DNA from: Dictyostelium discoideum
Taxonomy: Eukaryota
Reading direction: 5' to 3'
Length of the DNA: 64,000 bases
NCBI GenBank assembly: GCA_000004695.1
Contig: CM000151.3
Span: forward strand, 3,136,001-3,200,000
Positions 23,375-35,890 of the stretch are shown in pieces. A model generated the notes under the pieces. It made no database searches and was not told where the DNA came from. It saw only the letters and a program-made list of their open reading frames with translations. Position 1 is the stretch's first letter; the number at the start of each line of letters is the position of its first letter. The translations under genes were made by a program, and so were the position numbers.

Positions 23375-24613
23375 ATGAAAATTTTAAAATCATTAATTAT
23401 TGCATTTTCAATTGTTGGTGCAGTATTATCAAGTAATCAATGTAATGAAGATTATGAATGTGGTGTTGGATATCCATATGCAGCATGTAATGGTGGTTTA
23501 AATGTTTATCCAGGTATTAGTATGGATGGGAATGATAATTTAATTATTGCAGGTAAATTTAATAGTTCACAAGGTGGTCCATTTGGTACACCAAAAATGT
23601 TTAATATTCCAACTTCAGGTAATGGAAGTAATGAAATTTCTCAAAGAATTAATATCAATGGTGAAATTGAAAGTGGTGCAGGATCATTCAAACTTTATTC
23701 ATTCTATGATTATTTACCCCAATCAAATTATTATTATGTATTAATGAATCAAGGTGGATCAGCACCAATTTTCTCACTTATAGATGCAAATAATGGTGGT
23801 GATAAAGTTAAATATGTTTTCAATATTTTCAATACACCATTCGTTCCAATTTTTGATGATATTGAAAAATCAATGATCTATGGTGCTTATGGTATTTATA
23901 AATTAAATAAATTACCAACACAAAGAAGTGATGCTCAAGATGCAACATTAATTTATCAATCACAAATTGTTAATGGTTTAGCAAAAGATGGTAATGATTT
24001 ATATATGTCAACTTATGATGGTAAATTCTTAAAAGGTAAAGCTGATTGTTCAAATTGTACAAAAGATCAATTGATTGAAATTGGTAGTGATACTGATGCA
24101 AGTCATTTAACTGATTTCTTAGTCGAGGGTGATTTAATTGTATTCTCTCATTCAAATGGTATAACTGCTTATTCAAAATCTGCTAACTCTAATCAAGCCA
24201 TTAAATTAATCACTGGTGAAAATGTAATTTCAATGGTTTCAAAGGGTGGTGTCATTTATTATACAACTAAAGATGGTATTGTTAAATCAATTGGTATTGA
24301 TGGTAAAAATGGTAAAACTATTTATACACCAACTTCCAATCATCAATGTCAAGCTGCTGTTGGTTTCCAATCAATTGATGGTGTTTGTAAAGGTAAAACC
24401 TTATGGTATAATGGTATTCCAACTTGTACTCCATTAGGTGAAGGTGGTATCCCTGCTCAATGTTTCACAAGTGTTGATTGTGGTCCAACTCCATATTTCA
24501 CTTGTAATGGTACTTGTGGATGTGTTAATAATTTCAGTGGTTTAGATTGTACTCATTGTGATGGTAATGTTGAATGGTTAAATGGTATCCCATTATGTCA
24601 AATTCCACAATAA
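23375..24613 (+). CDS. Secreted protein of 412 aa with a C-terminal Cys-rich EGF/tenascin-like module
   Basis: Single ORF with the signal peptide 'MKILKSLIIAFSIVGAVLSS'. Cys-rich ends: N-terminal 'NQCNEDYECGVGYPYAACNGG', C-terminal 'CKGKTLWYNGIPTCTPLGEGGIPAQCFTSVDCGPTPYFTCNGTCGCVNNFSGLDCTHCDG'. The middle region is rich in G/S/T/N and alternating hydrophobics, suggesting a beta-rich fold. Confidence 0.7.
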   Translation: MKILKSLIIAFSIVGAVLSSNQCNEDYECGVGYPYAACNGGLNVYPGISMDGNDNLIIAGKFNSSQGGPFGTPKMFNIPTSGNGSNEISQRININGEIESGAGSFKLYSFYDYLPQSNYYYVLMNQGGSAPIFSLIDANNGGDKVKYVFNIFNTPFVPIFDDIEKSMIYGAYGIYKLNKLPTQRSDAQDATLIYQSQIVNGLAKDGNDLYMSTYDGKFLKGKADCSNCTKDQLIEIGSDTDASHLTDFLVEGDLIVFSHSNGITAYSKSANSNQAIKLITGENVISMVSKGGVIYYTTKDGIVKSIGIDGKNGKTIYTPTSNHQCQAAVGFQSIDGVCKGKTLWYNGIPTCTPLGEGGIPAQCFTSVDCGPTPYFTCNGTCGCVNNFSGLDCTHCDGNVEWLNGIPLCQIPQ

Positions 24614-24956
24614 TTTAATTTAATTTAATATTAACTTTAAAAAAAAAATAAAAAATAAAAAATAAAAAAAAAATAAAAAAAAAAAAAAAATATTCTTTTA
24701 ATATACAATAAATACTTTCCCACCATTGTAAAATGGTCAGAAAGTTATAAAAATTTCATTTAATTTTCCAATCCAATCAATATCAAAAATTAAAATTAAA
24801 AAAAAAATAAAAAAAAAATAAAATTGGATTTCTTTTTTTTTTTTTTTTTTTTTTCATAAAGAACAGTAAAAGAAGATAAGTGGGTTCCTAATAATAATTT
24901 TTTTATTTTATTTTTTTTTTTTTTTTTTTTTAACCACATCATTATCATCACATATT

Positions 24957-24987
<31 letters not shown>

Positions 24988-25300
24988 CATTTAAAAAAAA
25001 GTGCAATCACTATAAAACCAATTAAATATATAAATAAATAAATTTAATAAATATAATATTTTAATAAATTTATTTATAATATGAATAGAAAAAGACGTAA
25101 ATTATAAAATCCTTTTTTTTTTTAATCAATTTTCACAAATTTATTATTTAATTATTATTTTTATTATTTTAAAAAATTTTTATATTAAAAATTATTTAAA
25201 AAGAAATTTATTTATTTGTTTATATCCCCTTCTCTTTTCCCTCCCCCTCCCCAAAAAAAAAAAAAAAAAAAACTAAATATTATAATATTAATTTAAAAGA

Positions 25301-25573
25301 ATGGTTTTATCAAAGTTCCCAATTTTCTCAAGAAACTTACCATTGGTTAATTTGGTGATTGCAACTAGTGCATTAGGTTTTCAAATTACTGTATTATATC
25401 CATGGCACTTAGAAATTGATAGTAGCCATAAAGATTTAATTAAAAAAATGGAAGAACATGAAAAGTTATTAGAAAAAGGTAATCGTGTTATTAATCCAAA
25501 TATAATTGAAACTTCAAACTCAATTAAACAACAGCAATCAATTCCACCAACAATACTCCAAAAAGAAAAATAA
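25301..25573 (+). CDS. Small single-pass membrane protein of 90 aa, hypothetical
   Basis: ATG preceded by an A-run. The hydrophobic helix 'LPLVNLVIATSALGFQITVLYPW' is followed by a charged tail. It is not low-complexity. A C-rich element sits about 60 bp upstream. No recognisable family. Confidence 0.4.
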   Translation: MVLSKFPIFSRNLPLVNLVIATSALGFQITVLYPWHLEIDSSHKDLIKKMEEHEKLLEKGNRVINPNIIETSNSIKQQQSIPPTILQKEK

Positions 25574-26685
25574 AAATATTACACTGAACCAATTAAAATG
25601 CTGAGATTTTCCCTAATTAAAATCTCTTTTCATTTTTTTTTTATCCAAAAAAGGAAAAAAAAAAAAATAATAATCCTCTTGGTATGGGTTCTGTTTTTCA
25701 TATTCTAAAAATATTAATAAAATCACATAATTTCTTGTTTCACTAAAAATTTCCTTATTTATATATATCTCATTCTTTTTGTTTTAATTTTTATCTTTTA
25801 TTTTATTTTTTTTTTTATTTATTTGAAAATATTTCATATTATTTTAAAATATTTTATTAATTATTCATATTTTTATATAAAATTAATTTTATACCATTGT
25901 TTATCTTGGTTAATATGTAATGAAGTTTTTTTGGTTGATACCAAAAAAAAAAAAAAAATAATTTTAAAATCCCAAAAAAAAAAAAAAAAAAAAAAAACAA
26001 GACCCAACCGACCTAAACCATGAGTCATACTGGATAAAAAAAAAATAATAAAATAAAAAAAAATAAAATAATAAAATAAATGAAATCATATTAGTTTATG
26101 TTTTTCACAAACTATTTTTATAAAATATTCATTGATTTTATTGTTTTATTAATAAAAAACTTTTCAAAGTTAAAGTGGGAGATTTTTTATTTTTTTTTTT
26201 TTTATAACTCAATTTGGTAAATTTAATTTTTTCAGATTTTAATTTTTTTTTTTTTTTTTTTTTTATCCAACTTATTTTTAAAAATAATTATTTTTTTACA
26301 ATAAAATGTTCGTTGCAAAAAAAAAAAAAAAAAAAAAATGAGATAACCAATGGAATCAATCTAAAACTATTTATAAAATTTGATTTATCAAAAAATTAAA
26401 GGAATTGGATTGGTTTAAAAAAAAATAAAAAAAAAAAATGAAAATATTAAACTTTTATAAATAATGATAATATTTTTTTTTATTTTTTTTGGTTTTTTAA
26501 ATTAATAAATTATTATTTCATTGTAATTTTAATTATTTTTATTAAATTATTACCGAACTATTTTTTTAAACCAATTTAATTTTTTTTTTTTTTTAAAAAA
26601 GCAACATTTTTAATTATTTTTTTTTTTTTTTTACAACTTTAATTTATAATAATAAAAAAATAAAACAAACGGATAAAACTAACAA

Positions 26686-26716
<31 letters not shown>

Positions 26717-26719
<3 letters not shown>

Positions 26720-26825
26720 AAAATAATATTAACATTATTAATAATATTATTTTCATTAAATAAAAATTTAAATTTTGTTAGTTCAGAAGTAACAAAAAGT
26801 CGTATGTATATTATTTTTAAATAAT

Positions 26826-26874
<49 letters not shown>

Positions 26875-26888
26875 AATTAACAAATAAA

Positions 26889-26928
<40 letters not shown>

Positions 26929-28974
26929 TTTTTATTATTAAGTTGTTCAATTTTTGATCAATTACCAAAATTAAATAGTGATTTTGAACCAGATTATGGT
27001 GATATTTCAGTTGGAATGATAAAAAATGTATTGGAAGGTGATAGTCCAACATTAGCATCAAATGATCCAAATTTTAAACCATTTGTAAATGGTAAATTAA
27101 AAAATTTAAATTTATTTCCAACATGGTTTAATAAAAACCATACACAAAATGTAATGTTATTAAAGAAATTAAATTTAACATTGGATAAATCATCAAATAT
27201 TTATTCATTTGTAAAGGATGATTTCTTTCCAATTGATTATCAAGGTTGGGATGTTGATGAGAGTAATAGAATCTATTATGGTGGTAGAATTTTTACAGCC
27301 TATCATAACTTTCATTATTGTTTAAAGATTAATTCAGTATTCTTTTATCAAGGTACTGAAACTTTTAAATTTGAAGGTGATGATGATGTTTGGGTATTTA
27401 TTGATAAGAAGTTGGTCTTGGATTTAGGTGGTTTACATCCTGCTAGAAGAGGTACTGTTGATTTGACAAAGTTGGGTTTACAAGTTAACAAAACCTATTC
27501 CTTTGATTTCTTTTATTGTGAAAGACATACACCCTATAGTAAAATGAAAATTCAAACTGATATTCAAGCATTTTGTGCATGGTCTGATTATTGTGGTGTT
27601 TGTCAAGGTGATGGTTCAACATGTTGTAATAAAGACCTTGATTGTGATGACGATGATCCATGCACCATTGATAGTTGTCCATTACCAAATTTACCAATTC
27701 CAGGTGGTGATAAAATTTCAAAATATTGTAGACATACCAATATCACTTGTACACAACCATCAAATAATAAATGTGTAATCACTGGTTGTTCAAAAGATAC
27801 CAATGGTAAATGTGAAGTAATTGGTAATTTAGAATGTGCCGATAAATCTAAATATTGTATGACGCTAACTGGTTGTGATCCAAAACTTGGTTGTCAATAT
27901 AAATCAAATTGTATTGGTCCATGTTTAACTGGTGAATGTAATAATGGTAAATGTACCAGCATGGATGCTGATTATTGTTCCAATGAATTGGGTGAAGATC
28001 CATGTAAAATTTATAGTTGTAATGCAAAGAATGGTGGTTGTATGGCAACTCCAAAATGTACTTCCCCTTCCTCCTCCAATCCATGTGTTATTCCAACTTG
28101 CTCCGCTGATAAAGGTGTTTGTGGTACATACACTCAAAATAGTACAGAATGTAATTGTAATTGTAAATTAAACCCATGTCAAAAGAATAACTGTGATCAA
28201 AGTGTAAATCCACCAGTTTGCTCCCCACTACCAATTGATACCATTGATGATGGTAATCCATGTACAATCGATATTTGTGATAAAATAACTGGTAGTGTTA
28301 AACATACTCCAATGGAATGTTCTGGTTGTACCAAATGTAATAATGGAAAATGTATTCCAATTGAATCCAATTGTGATGATGGTAATTTATGTACCATTGA
28401 TCAATGTATGAACAATGGTAGTTGTATTCACACACCTCTATCATGTAATATCACCAATCCATGTATGGATTATACTTGTAATGCTGATATTGGCTGTGTT
28501 GGTGTACCAAAAATTTGTCCAAACAAAGGTAATTGTCTAATTGGTTATTGTGATGCTGGTGAATGTAAATTAAAAGATCGTATTTGTGACTCACCTTCAT
28601 TTTGTCAAATTTCTCAATGTTCCGATGTGACTGGTTGTATTGTTTTCGATAAAGTTTGTATACCTTCAAATCCAAAATGTGAAACTGGTGTTTGTATAAA
28701 TGCTACTTCAACTGAACCAGGAAGATGTGAATCGGTTGATTTTGATCCAAAACCTTTTGTTTGTAAACCCGCTGCAATCATATCAACCTCTGTTATTGTT
28801 GGTGTTTCAGTCGCTGCTGCTGTAGTTGCCATTGCTATTGTAGTTGCTTCTAAAAAAGGTTATGATGCATGGGCTGCTTCAAATAATAATTCTCTTGCAT
28901 CTTTAACTTCAAATCCTTTATATGAAAATCCAACTGGAAATGGTGATAATCCAATGTATCAACCAAATTCTTAA
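26717..28974 (+). CDS. psi-family protein (PA14 domain, Cys-rich repeats, C-terminal transmembrane anchor), two exons
   Basis: Exon 1 is 26717..26801, encoding 'MKIILTLLIILFSLNKNLNFVSSEVTKS', with donor GTATGT at 26802. Exon 2 starts about 26927 (±1), just after the A26-AG acceptor, and runs to the stop at 28972-28974. Displayed coordinates are off by one in this homopolymer region relative to the ORF track. The PA14 domain includes 'GWDVDESNRIYYGGRIFTAYHNFHYCLKIN...FEGDDDVWVFIDKKLVLDLGGLHPARRGTVDL...FDFFYCERHTPYSKMKIQT'. About 20 repeats of C-x-C / 'PCTIDxC' modules follow, then the TM segment 'IISTSVIVGVSVAAAVVAIAIVVASKK'. Confidence 0.85.
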
Positions 28975-29184
28975 AAAAAAAAAAAAAAATAAAAAAAAAA
29001 AAAAAACAATTAAATTTTAATTTAAATAAAAATAAAACTATCTAAAAATATTGAAATAAAAAGTTTTGTTATTTTTTAATTTATTATAAAAAGCCCTTGC
29101 TGAGTTTTTTTTTCTTTGAAAGAAATGGGTTTAAAAATAAAAAGTCATAAAAAAAAAAAAAAAAATCAAAAAAAAAAAAAAAAT

Positions 29185-29219
<35 letters not shown>

Positions 29220-29260
29220 AAAAACAAAATACAGTTTCTCAAAAATAAATAAACAAATAA

Positions 29261-29363
29261 ATGGCCGATTACAATTGTATTGTATGTGTAATTTTATTAC
29301 ATAATATAAATAACTATTTAAAAAAAATAATTGTTTTCTAATTTTTTTATTATAATTATAATT

Positions 29364-29397
<34 letters not shown>

Positions 29398-29782
29398 TTT
29401 TGATAAAATAAAATAAAATAAAATAAAATAAAATAAAATAAAATAAAATAAAATAAAATAAAATAAAATAAAAATTGTTTAGATAAAATTACCAAATGGT
29501 GGTATTGTAAAAGTATTTTTTCAAGAATCATTAACAATTAAACAATTAAAACAAACTATTGCACAATCAATTCCAGGTTCAAATGAAGATTCATTAGTTA
29601 TTTCATTATCACCAAATACAGCTGATCAAACTAAAATAGTTAAAGCAATTAATTGGACAAAGTATTTAACTATTGATTGTGTAAAGAAAGCTTACCCTTT
29701 AGGTTTTGTTAATGCTTCTTCAATTGAATTTCCAGATGGCACTGATTCTTTTATCATGAGATTATATGTAACCTCAAAATAA
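29261..29782 (+). CDS. Small ubiquitin-fold protein of 106 aa with a 7-codon first exon
   Basis: Model: join(29261..29281, 29483..29782). Exon 1 is 'ATGGCCGATTACAATTGTATT' (MADYNCI), with donor GTATGT at 29282. The intron contains a poly-T run and (AAAAT)n, and ends with the acceptor 'TTGTTTAG' at 29482. The product 'MADYNCIIKLPNGGIVKVFFQESLTIKQLKQTIAQSIPG...' has the beta-grasp hydrophobic periodicity of ubiquitin-like domains. The splice phase is consistent (0/0). Confidence 0.45.
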
Positions 29783-30264
29783 ATAAATAATATAATAAAC
29801 AAATTGTACTTTTAAAAAAAAAAAAAAAAACATAGAATAAAAAATATTGGTGGTTTTTGTTAATTTATTTCCTTGAATCAATTGATTCTTCAACATGAGA
29901 TTATTAAAGTTTAAAATAAAAAAAAATAAAAATAAAAATAGAAAAATGAAAATATATTATTTGTGTAAAAAACATAACCCTGGTTTATTTTTCACTTAAA
30001 ATGTTTTTTTTTAAACAAAAAAAAAAATAAATAAAGATATTTTTTGGGGTTTGTCATTTTTGAAAAATATCTGTTTAGAAAATGAAATTTTTTAAGAAAG
30101 AGAAATAAAATGGATTGGAAGGGTTTTGTTTGCTGGTATTTTATTTAATTAGCTTTGCCAACTTTTATTATTTTGGTTAAAAAGTGAAAATTTTTTTATA
30201 CCAGTCCAAAAAAAAAAAAAAAAAAAAAAATTTAAAATGTTAAAAAAAAAAAAAAAAATTAAAA

Positions 30265-30301
<37 letters not shown>

Positions 30302-30650
30302 ATTAAGCAAACAATCAGAAATTTTTTTGAATTTTTTTTAGCTGATTAATTTTCAAATCAAAAAAAGTGTGCGTAACACCAAATTGACCAATTCTAAAAA
30401 AAAGTTTTTTTTTTTATTATCAAATTACACAGAAAATTTTTTTCTTTTTTTTTTTTTTTTTCTTCTTCTTTGTGTTGGGTTGTAGTTATTATTTATTATT
30501 TATTTATTTGTTCATTTATTTTTGTACCATGAATTAATTTTTAAATCAAAAAAAACAAAAAAAAAAACAAAAAAAAAAACAAAAAAAAAAAAACAAAAAA
30601 AAAAAAAACAAAAAAAAAACAAAAAAAAAACAAAAAAAGAAAAAAAAAAA

Positions 30651-30752
30651 ATGAATAGAGCCACAATAACAAGTAATAAATCAAATGCTCCTTCATTTTT
30701 AAGTATTCCTTTACTAGCTCACAATAACAACATTAATAATAATAATAATAAC

Positions 30753-30783
<31 letters not shown>

Positions 30784-32235
30784 ATAGTAACAATAATGGT
30801 ACAACCACAACAACTACAACAACTACAATAACAACAATATCATATAAAAATAATATAAGTGAATTAATTACAATTATTGATAAAATTATTAAAGATTTAA
30901 ATAATTTTAAATCAAAAACGGTTTTAAATGATCAAGAATTTTCAGAATTAAATAATACAATACAATTTACAAAAACATCATTAGTTAATTATATTCATTA
31001 TGAAAATGAAAATAAAATCAATTTCAATCTATCAGATTCAAAAATAATTTGTAGTGAAATTAAAATCATTGAATATGGTATTGAATCATTTATATTTTCA
31101 ATATGTAAACTTTATCAAGATTTAATTCAATTTCAACAACTTTTATTAAAACTTTCATCACCTCCAACCACAATCACCTTTAACACAACAATCAATTCAA
31201 CAAATTCTTTTACTTCAAATTTAATTATAAATAATCTTTTAAAAGTTGATTCAATTTTAAAACAATCAATTGACCAATTATTAGCATTATTTCCACCATC
31301 ATCGTCATCATTGAATAATGAAAATAATAATAATAATAATAATAATTATAATCCATATGAATTATTAAGTAATGAAGCAAAAGTATTGTGGAATCAATTT
31401 GGTGGAAATAAAATAACATTTGTGCCATGGTCAATATTTTTTAAAGGATTTCAAAAGTTTTTCAATAAGGAGATATTAGCTTATGAATCAAGTTTAAGAT
31501 ATACATTAGATTTCACCCGGGATGGTTATGTTACACCATTCAAGCTATCAGTATTTATAAAATGGTTTGGAGCATTACCTGTATCACTTGGTATATTTCA
31601 AGATGTTATAAACTCAAAGATATTCAGTGGTTTCATATCTGGTATAGAGGCAACACAATTGTTATCGAGACAACAAGTTGGTTATTATTTATTACGTTGT
31701 AGTAAAACTATTGTTGGTGCATTCGCTATCACTTTTGTTGATTCTACAAATCATATTAGACATTGTTTACTCTATCCAGTGACTTCTTCAATCAATGGTG
31801 GTTTAACACTTCAAAAACCACCCGATATTTTTAAAAGTATTTTATCTTTTATTTTATCTTTTTCTTCAAAATTAAAATATCCAATTGGTCCTTTAGATAA
31901 TGATTTATTACCACCATTATCAATAATTAATAATAATCCAATTTTAATTTTACCTGATGAAAATAATAATAATCAAAATAATAATCAAAATAATAATAAT
32001 AATAATATAAATACATTTTCAACATCACCAAGTTCATTTTTCACTATTGATTCGAGTAATAGTAGTGATACAAATAAATCACCAACCAAATCTAGAAAAT
32101 CATCTTTTAAAAATGATAAAGATAAAAAAGAAAAAGAAAAAGAAAAAGGTAAAGATAAAGAAAAAGAAAAAGAAAGAGTTTCAGATGAAAATTTTGATAA
32201 TTTACCAACATTTTTAAATTCTGAAGATGAAAATG

Positions 32236-32316
<81 letters not shown>

Positions 32317-32377
32317 GTAGTAATAATAATAATTGTAACATTAAAGAAACACATCAAACTACATCAAATGGTAGTAG

Positions 32378-32442
<65 letters not shown>

Positions 32443-32648
32443 GTAGTAGCACAACTAAAAGGAATAATAATAATAATGGGTCTGATGAATCAAAAGATCT
32501 TTGTACAGTTTGTATGGATAACGAAATTAATACTGTTTTTTTAGAATGTGGTCATTTAAGTTGTTGTTCATTATGTTCAGTAAAATTAAAAAAGTGCCCA
32601 ATTTGTAGAAGTAGAATAACAAGAGTCATTAACATATTTAAATCCTAA
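30651..32648 (+). CDS. SH2 domain plus C-terminal C3HC4 RING-finger protein, a putative E3 ubiquitin ligase; possibly the Cbl-like protein of Dictyostelium
   Basis: The first ATG after a K-rich, low-complexity leader (the ORF track starts at 30522). The SH2-like block is 'WFGALPVSLG...FSGFISGIEATQLLSRQQVGYYLLRCSKTIVGAFAITFVDSTNHIRHCLLYPV' (W..G, E..LL, GxYLLRxS, hydrophobic beta strands, conserved His). The C-terminal RING is 'CTVCMDNEINTVFLECGHLSCCSLCSVKLKKCPICRSRI'. Long poly-N, poly-T and KEKEKE linkers are typical for the species. Confidence 0.8.
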
Positions 32649-32896
32649 ATAAATTTTAGTATATAATTATATAAATGTGTACATAAATTATTATATTATT
32701 TTATTTTTATTTTATTTAATTAATTTAATTTTGTCTCATTTTATTTATTTCATTTTATTGTATTTCTCATTTTATTTTATTTTTATCAATTGGCATACTT
32801 AGAATTTATCTAAAAATTAAGGGGAGCAGCACAAAAAATAAAAAAATAAAAGTAAAAAAAAAAAAGGCGACAAATCCAACCACCCTTACTAAAAAT

Positions 32897-32941
<45 letters not shown>

Positions 32942-33188
32942 TTTTTTTATTAAAAACACAGTTTTTAAAGATATTCCAAAATTTCTAAGAAAAAATGAAA
33001 TTTTTTATTTTTATTTTTTTTTTTTAAAATTTTTTTTTTTACATTTAAATTTTTTTTTTTACATTTAAATTTTTTTTTTATTTTCATTCAACATTTAAAG
33101 CAGTAATATATCATAATCTAATAATAATAATAATAGTTTGTAAATTAAAAAAATAAATTAAATAAATTAAATAAATATATAAATTAAA

Positions 33189-34303
33189 ATGGCATCAAGA
33201 CAAAGACAAGAAGAAGAAGAAGTTGATATTGAAAATGAACAACAACAAGAAGAGGAAGAAGAAGAAGAGGAGGAAGAGTCATATTTATCAATTAATAAAT
33301 TAGAAGGTAATGGTATTAATGCAGCAGATTTAAAGAAACTTCAAGAACAAGGTTTAAATACAGTACAAGCAGTTGCTTTTACAACAAAGAAAACATTAAC
33401 AGGTATCAAAGGTATCTCTGAGCAAAAAGCTGATAAACTTTTAGCAGAAGCAAAGAAATTAGTTTTTATGGGCTTTCGTACTGCAACCGATATTAATAAA
33501 GCAAGAGCTGAAATTATTCAAATTACAACTGGTTCAAAAGAATTTGATTCTTTATTAGATGGTGGTATTGAATCTGGTTCAATTACTGAAATTTTTGGTG
33601 AAGTATGTTTTTTTTAATAATAATAATAATAACTCAAAAAATAATTAATAATAATAATAACTCTTTTTTTTTTTTTATAGTTTAGAACTGGCAAAACTCA
33701 AATTTGTCATACATTATGTGTAACATGTCAACTTGGTTATAGTCAAGGTGGTGGTGAAGGTCGTGCTTTATATATTGATACAGAAGGAACATTCCGTCCA
33801 GAGAGATTGTTAGCAATTGCAGAGAGATATAATTTAAATGGTGAACATGTTTTGGATAATGTTTCATATGCTCGTGCATACAATAGTGATCATCAATTAG
33901 AGTTATTAGTTCAAGCATCTGCAATGATGAGTGAATCACGTTATGCTTTATTGATTGTTGATTCCGCAACCGCATTATATAGAACAGATTACGCCGGTAG
34001 AGGTGAGTTGGCAGATAGACAAAAACATTTAGCACGTTTCCTACGTACTCTTCAAAGATTAGCCGATGAGTTTGGTGTTGCCGTCGTTATTACAAATCAA
34101 GTCGTTGCATCTGTTGATGGTGCTGGTGGTATGTTTAATCCCGATCCAAAGAAGCCAATTGGTGGTCATATTATGGCCCACTCTTCAACAACTCGTTTAT
34201 CTTTACGTAAAGGTAAAGGTGAAATGAGAATTTGTAAAATTTATGATTCTCCATCACTTCCTGAAAGTGAAAAGGTAAATAATTTTTTTAAAATAATAAT
34301 AAT

Positions 34304-34343
<40 letters not shown>

Positions 34344-34422
34344 CAATTCACTAACTTTTTATTTTATTATTTAGCCTTTTGGTATTTACAGTGATGGTAT
34401 CTCCGATTATAAAGAACAATAA
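33189..34422 (+). CDS. rad51: DNA repair and recombination protein Rad51 (RecA/RadA family), three exons
   Basis: Model: join(33189..33602, 33681..34274, 34375..34422). Donors are GTATGT at 33603 and GTAAAT at 34275; acceptors are 'TTTTTATAG' at 33680 and 'TTATTTAG' at 34374; all phase 0. The product carries the HhH region '[22 protein letters not shown]' and Walker A '[14 protein letters not shown]'. It also has '[21 protein letters not shown]', '[46 protein letters not shown]' and '[35 protein letters not shown]'. These are near-identical to eukaryotic Rad51. Confidence 0.95.
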
Positions 34423-35065
34423 AATTTAATAACTTTTAGAAAAAAAAATATAATAAATAATAATAAAATAAAATTTTGTATATATGTCTCCTAAACCTAT
34501 TCTGTTGTGTATGTGAATCTTTAAATTTAAATGAATTAAGAAAAAAGAAAAAAAAAGTTATAATTTTAGTTTATTTGGAAGATTAATTCCAACATTAATT
34601 CTAAAACTTTCCAATTACAAATCTATTTTATTTTAGATATTTCAAACAATTTAAAAAAATTATTTAGAATAAAATAAATTAAATCTTATTATTAATAAAT
34701 TAAAAAAAAAAAAAAAAAAAAAAAATTCTTATCGTTATGGAAATATTTAGTGTTTTATTTATTTTATTTTTTAAATCAAAAAAAAAAAAAGAAAAAAAAA
34801 AAAAAAAGAAAATTATACAATTAGGTCTTCTATAAAAAATATATACAATTAGGTCTGAAAATGATACAATTGGTTTGAAACCATTGATTGTTAAAATGTG
34901 TTGTTTGGTTATTATTATTATTACTATTGTTTTGTTGTTATTGTTATTAATTATATTATTAATTATTAATTAATATTATTATATAAAATCAATAATTTTA
35001 ATAAAAAGGAACTAGAAAAAAAAAAAAAGGAAGGGAGGGAGAAGGAAAAGGATTAAATTAAAATT

Positions 35066-35587
35066 TTAATTATCAAAATGATGATGGTGGTGATGATGTT
35101 GATTTGTATTAAATTGAGTATGAGATGGTTGTTGTTGTTGTAGTTGTTGTTGCATAATATTTTTAAAATTCATTATATTTCCTCTTTGTTTTAAAATAAA
35201 AGCCAATGCAATTAAAAGTATACCAACTGCTATAAAAAATAAAAATTGTAATGATGAAGATTTGAAGGTAGTATCTTTGTTTGATGGATTTGGTAGCTCA
35301 TTTTTAGGGACACCCAAGGTTCTTGTTAATTTTACAGATGATGCATCTATACCCATTTTTGAAAGTGCTTTTTGTAATGATCTTTTATTTGTTGTAATTG
35401 AATTCTCTCTTTTTAATTTGATTTTATTCTCTTTATGTTCACTCTCTTCTGATGCTGCACAATTTATTGTATTTTCATCAACTCCTAAAACATCCATTAA
35501 CTTTTAAATATTATTAAAAAAAAAAAAAATAATAATAATAATAAAAAATATTAAAATTGTTAAAAAATCTTTATTACTCTTTTTTTT

Positions 35588-35645
<58 letters not shown>

Positions 35646-35890
35646 AAAAATTTATAATTTACTTTTTCTTTTGATAAATTAATTCCTAATGTATCTTGAG
35701 CTTTTTTAGTTAATTTTCTATTTATTGGGATTCTATCTTTTGCTGGTGAAATTACGGTGTTTTTCTCTTCGTTAATCATCCTCATTTCATCTTCGTCTAT
35801 ACCCAATGTTTTCTTAATTTTATCTTCTGATGGATTAAAATCACCTAATACATCCATTACTTTCTTGATACTCTCTGGTCTTGGTGACAT
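35066..35890 (-). CDS. Tail-anchored membrane protein of about 221 aa, hypothetical, two exons
   Basis: Model: complement(join(35066..35500, 35663..35890)). Exon 1 'MSPRPESIKKVMDVLGDFNPSEDKIKK...GINLSKEK' has donor GTAAAT. The intron is a poly-A/T tract. Exon 2 begins 'LMDVLGVDENT...' (an internal repeat of the 'MDVLG' motif). It ends with the TM helix 'FLFFIAVGILLIALAFIL', then a Q-rich tail and an H7 stretch. Confidence 0.65.

Noticed and set aside
27485-28832. Seven antisense or alternative-frame ORFs of 66-79 aa inside the psi-family gene
   Set aside because: These fall within a confidently assigned Cys-repeat CDS on the plus strand. They are H/Q/Y-rich mirror translations with no independent signals.
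29184-29537. 117-aa minus-strand ORF 'FILFYFILFYF...KKKKKKKK'
   Set aside because: Low-complexity translation of (AAAAT)n and poly-A. The real feature here is the plus-strand mini-exon/intron of the ubiquitin-fold gene.
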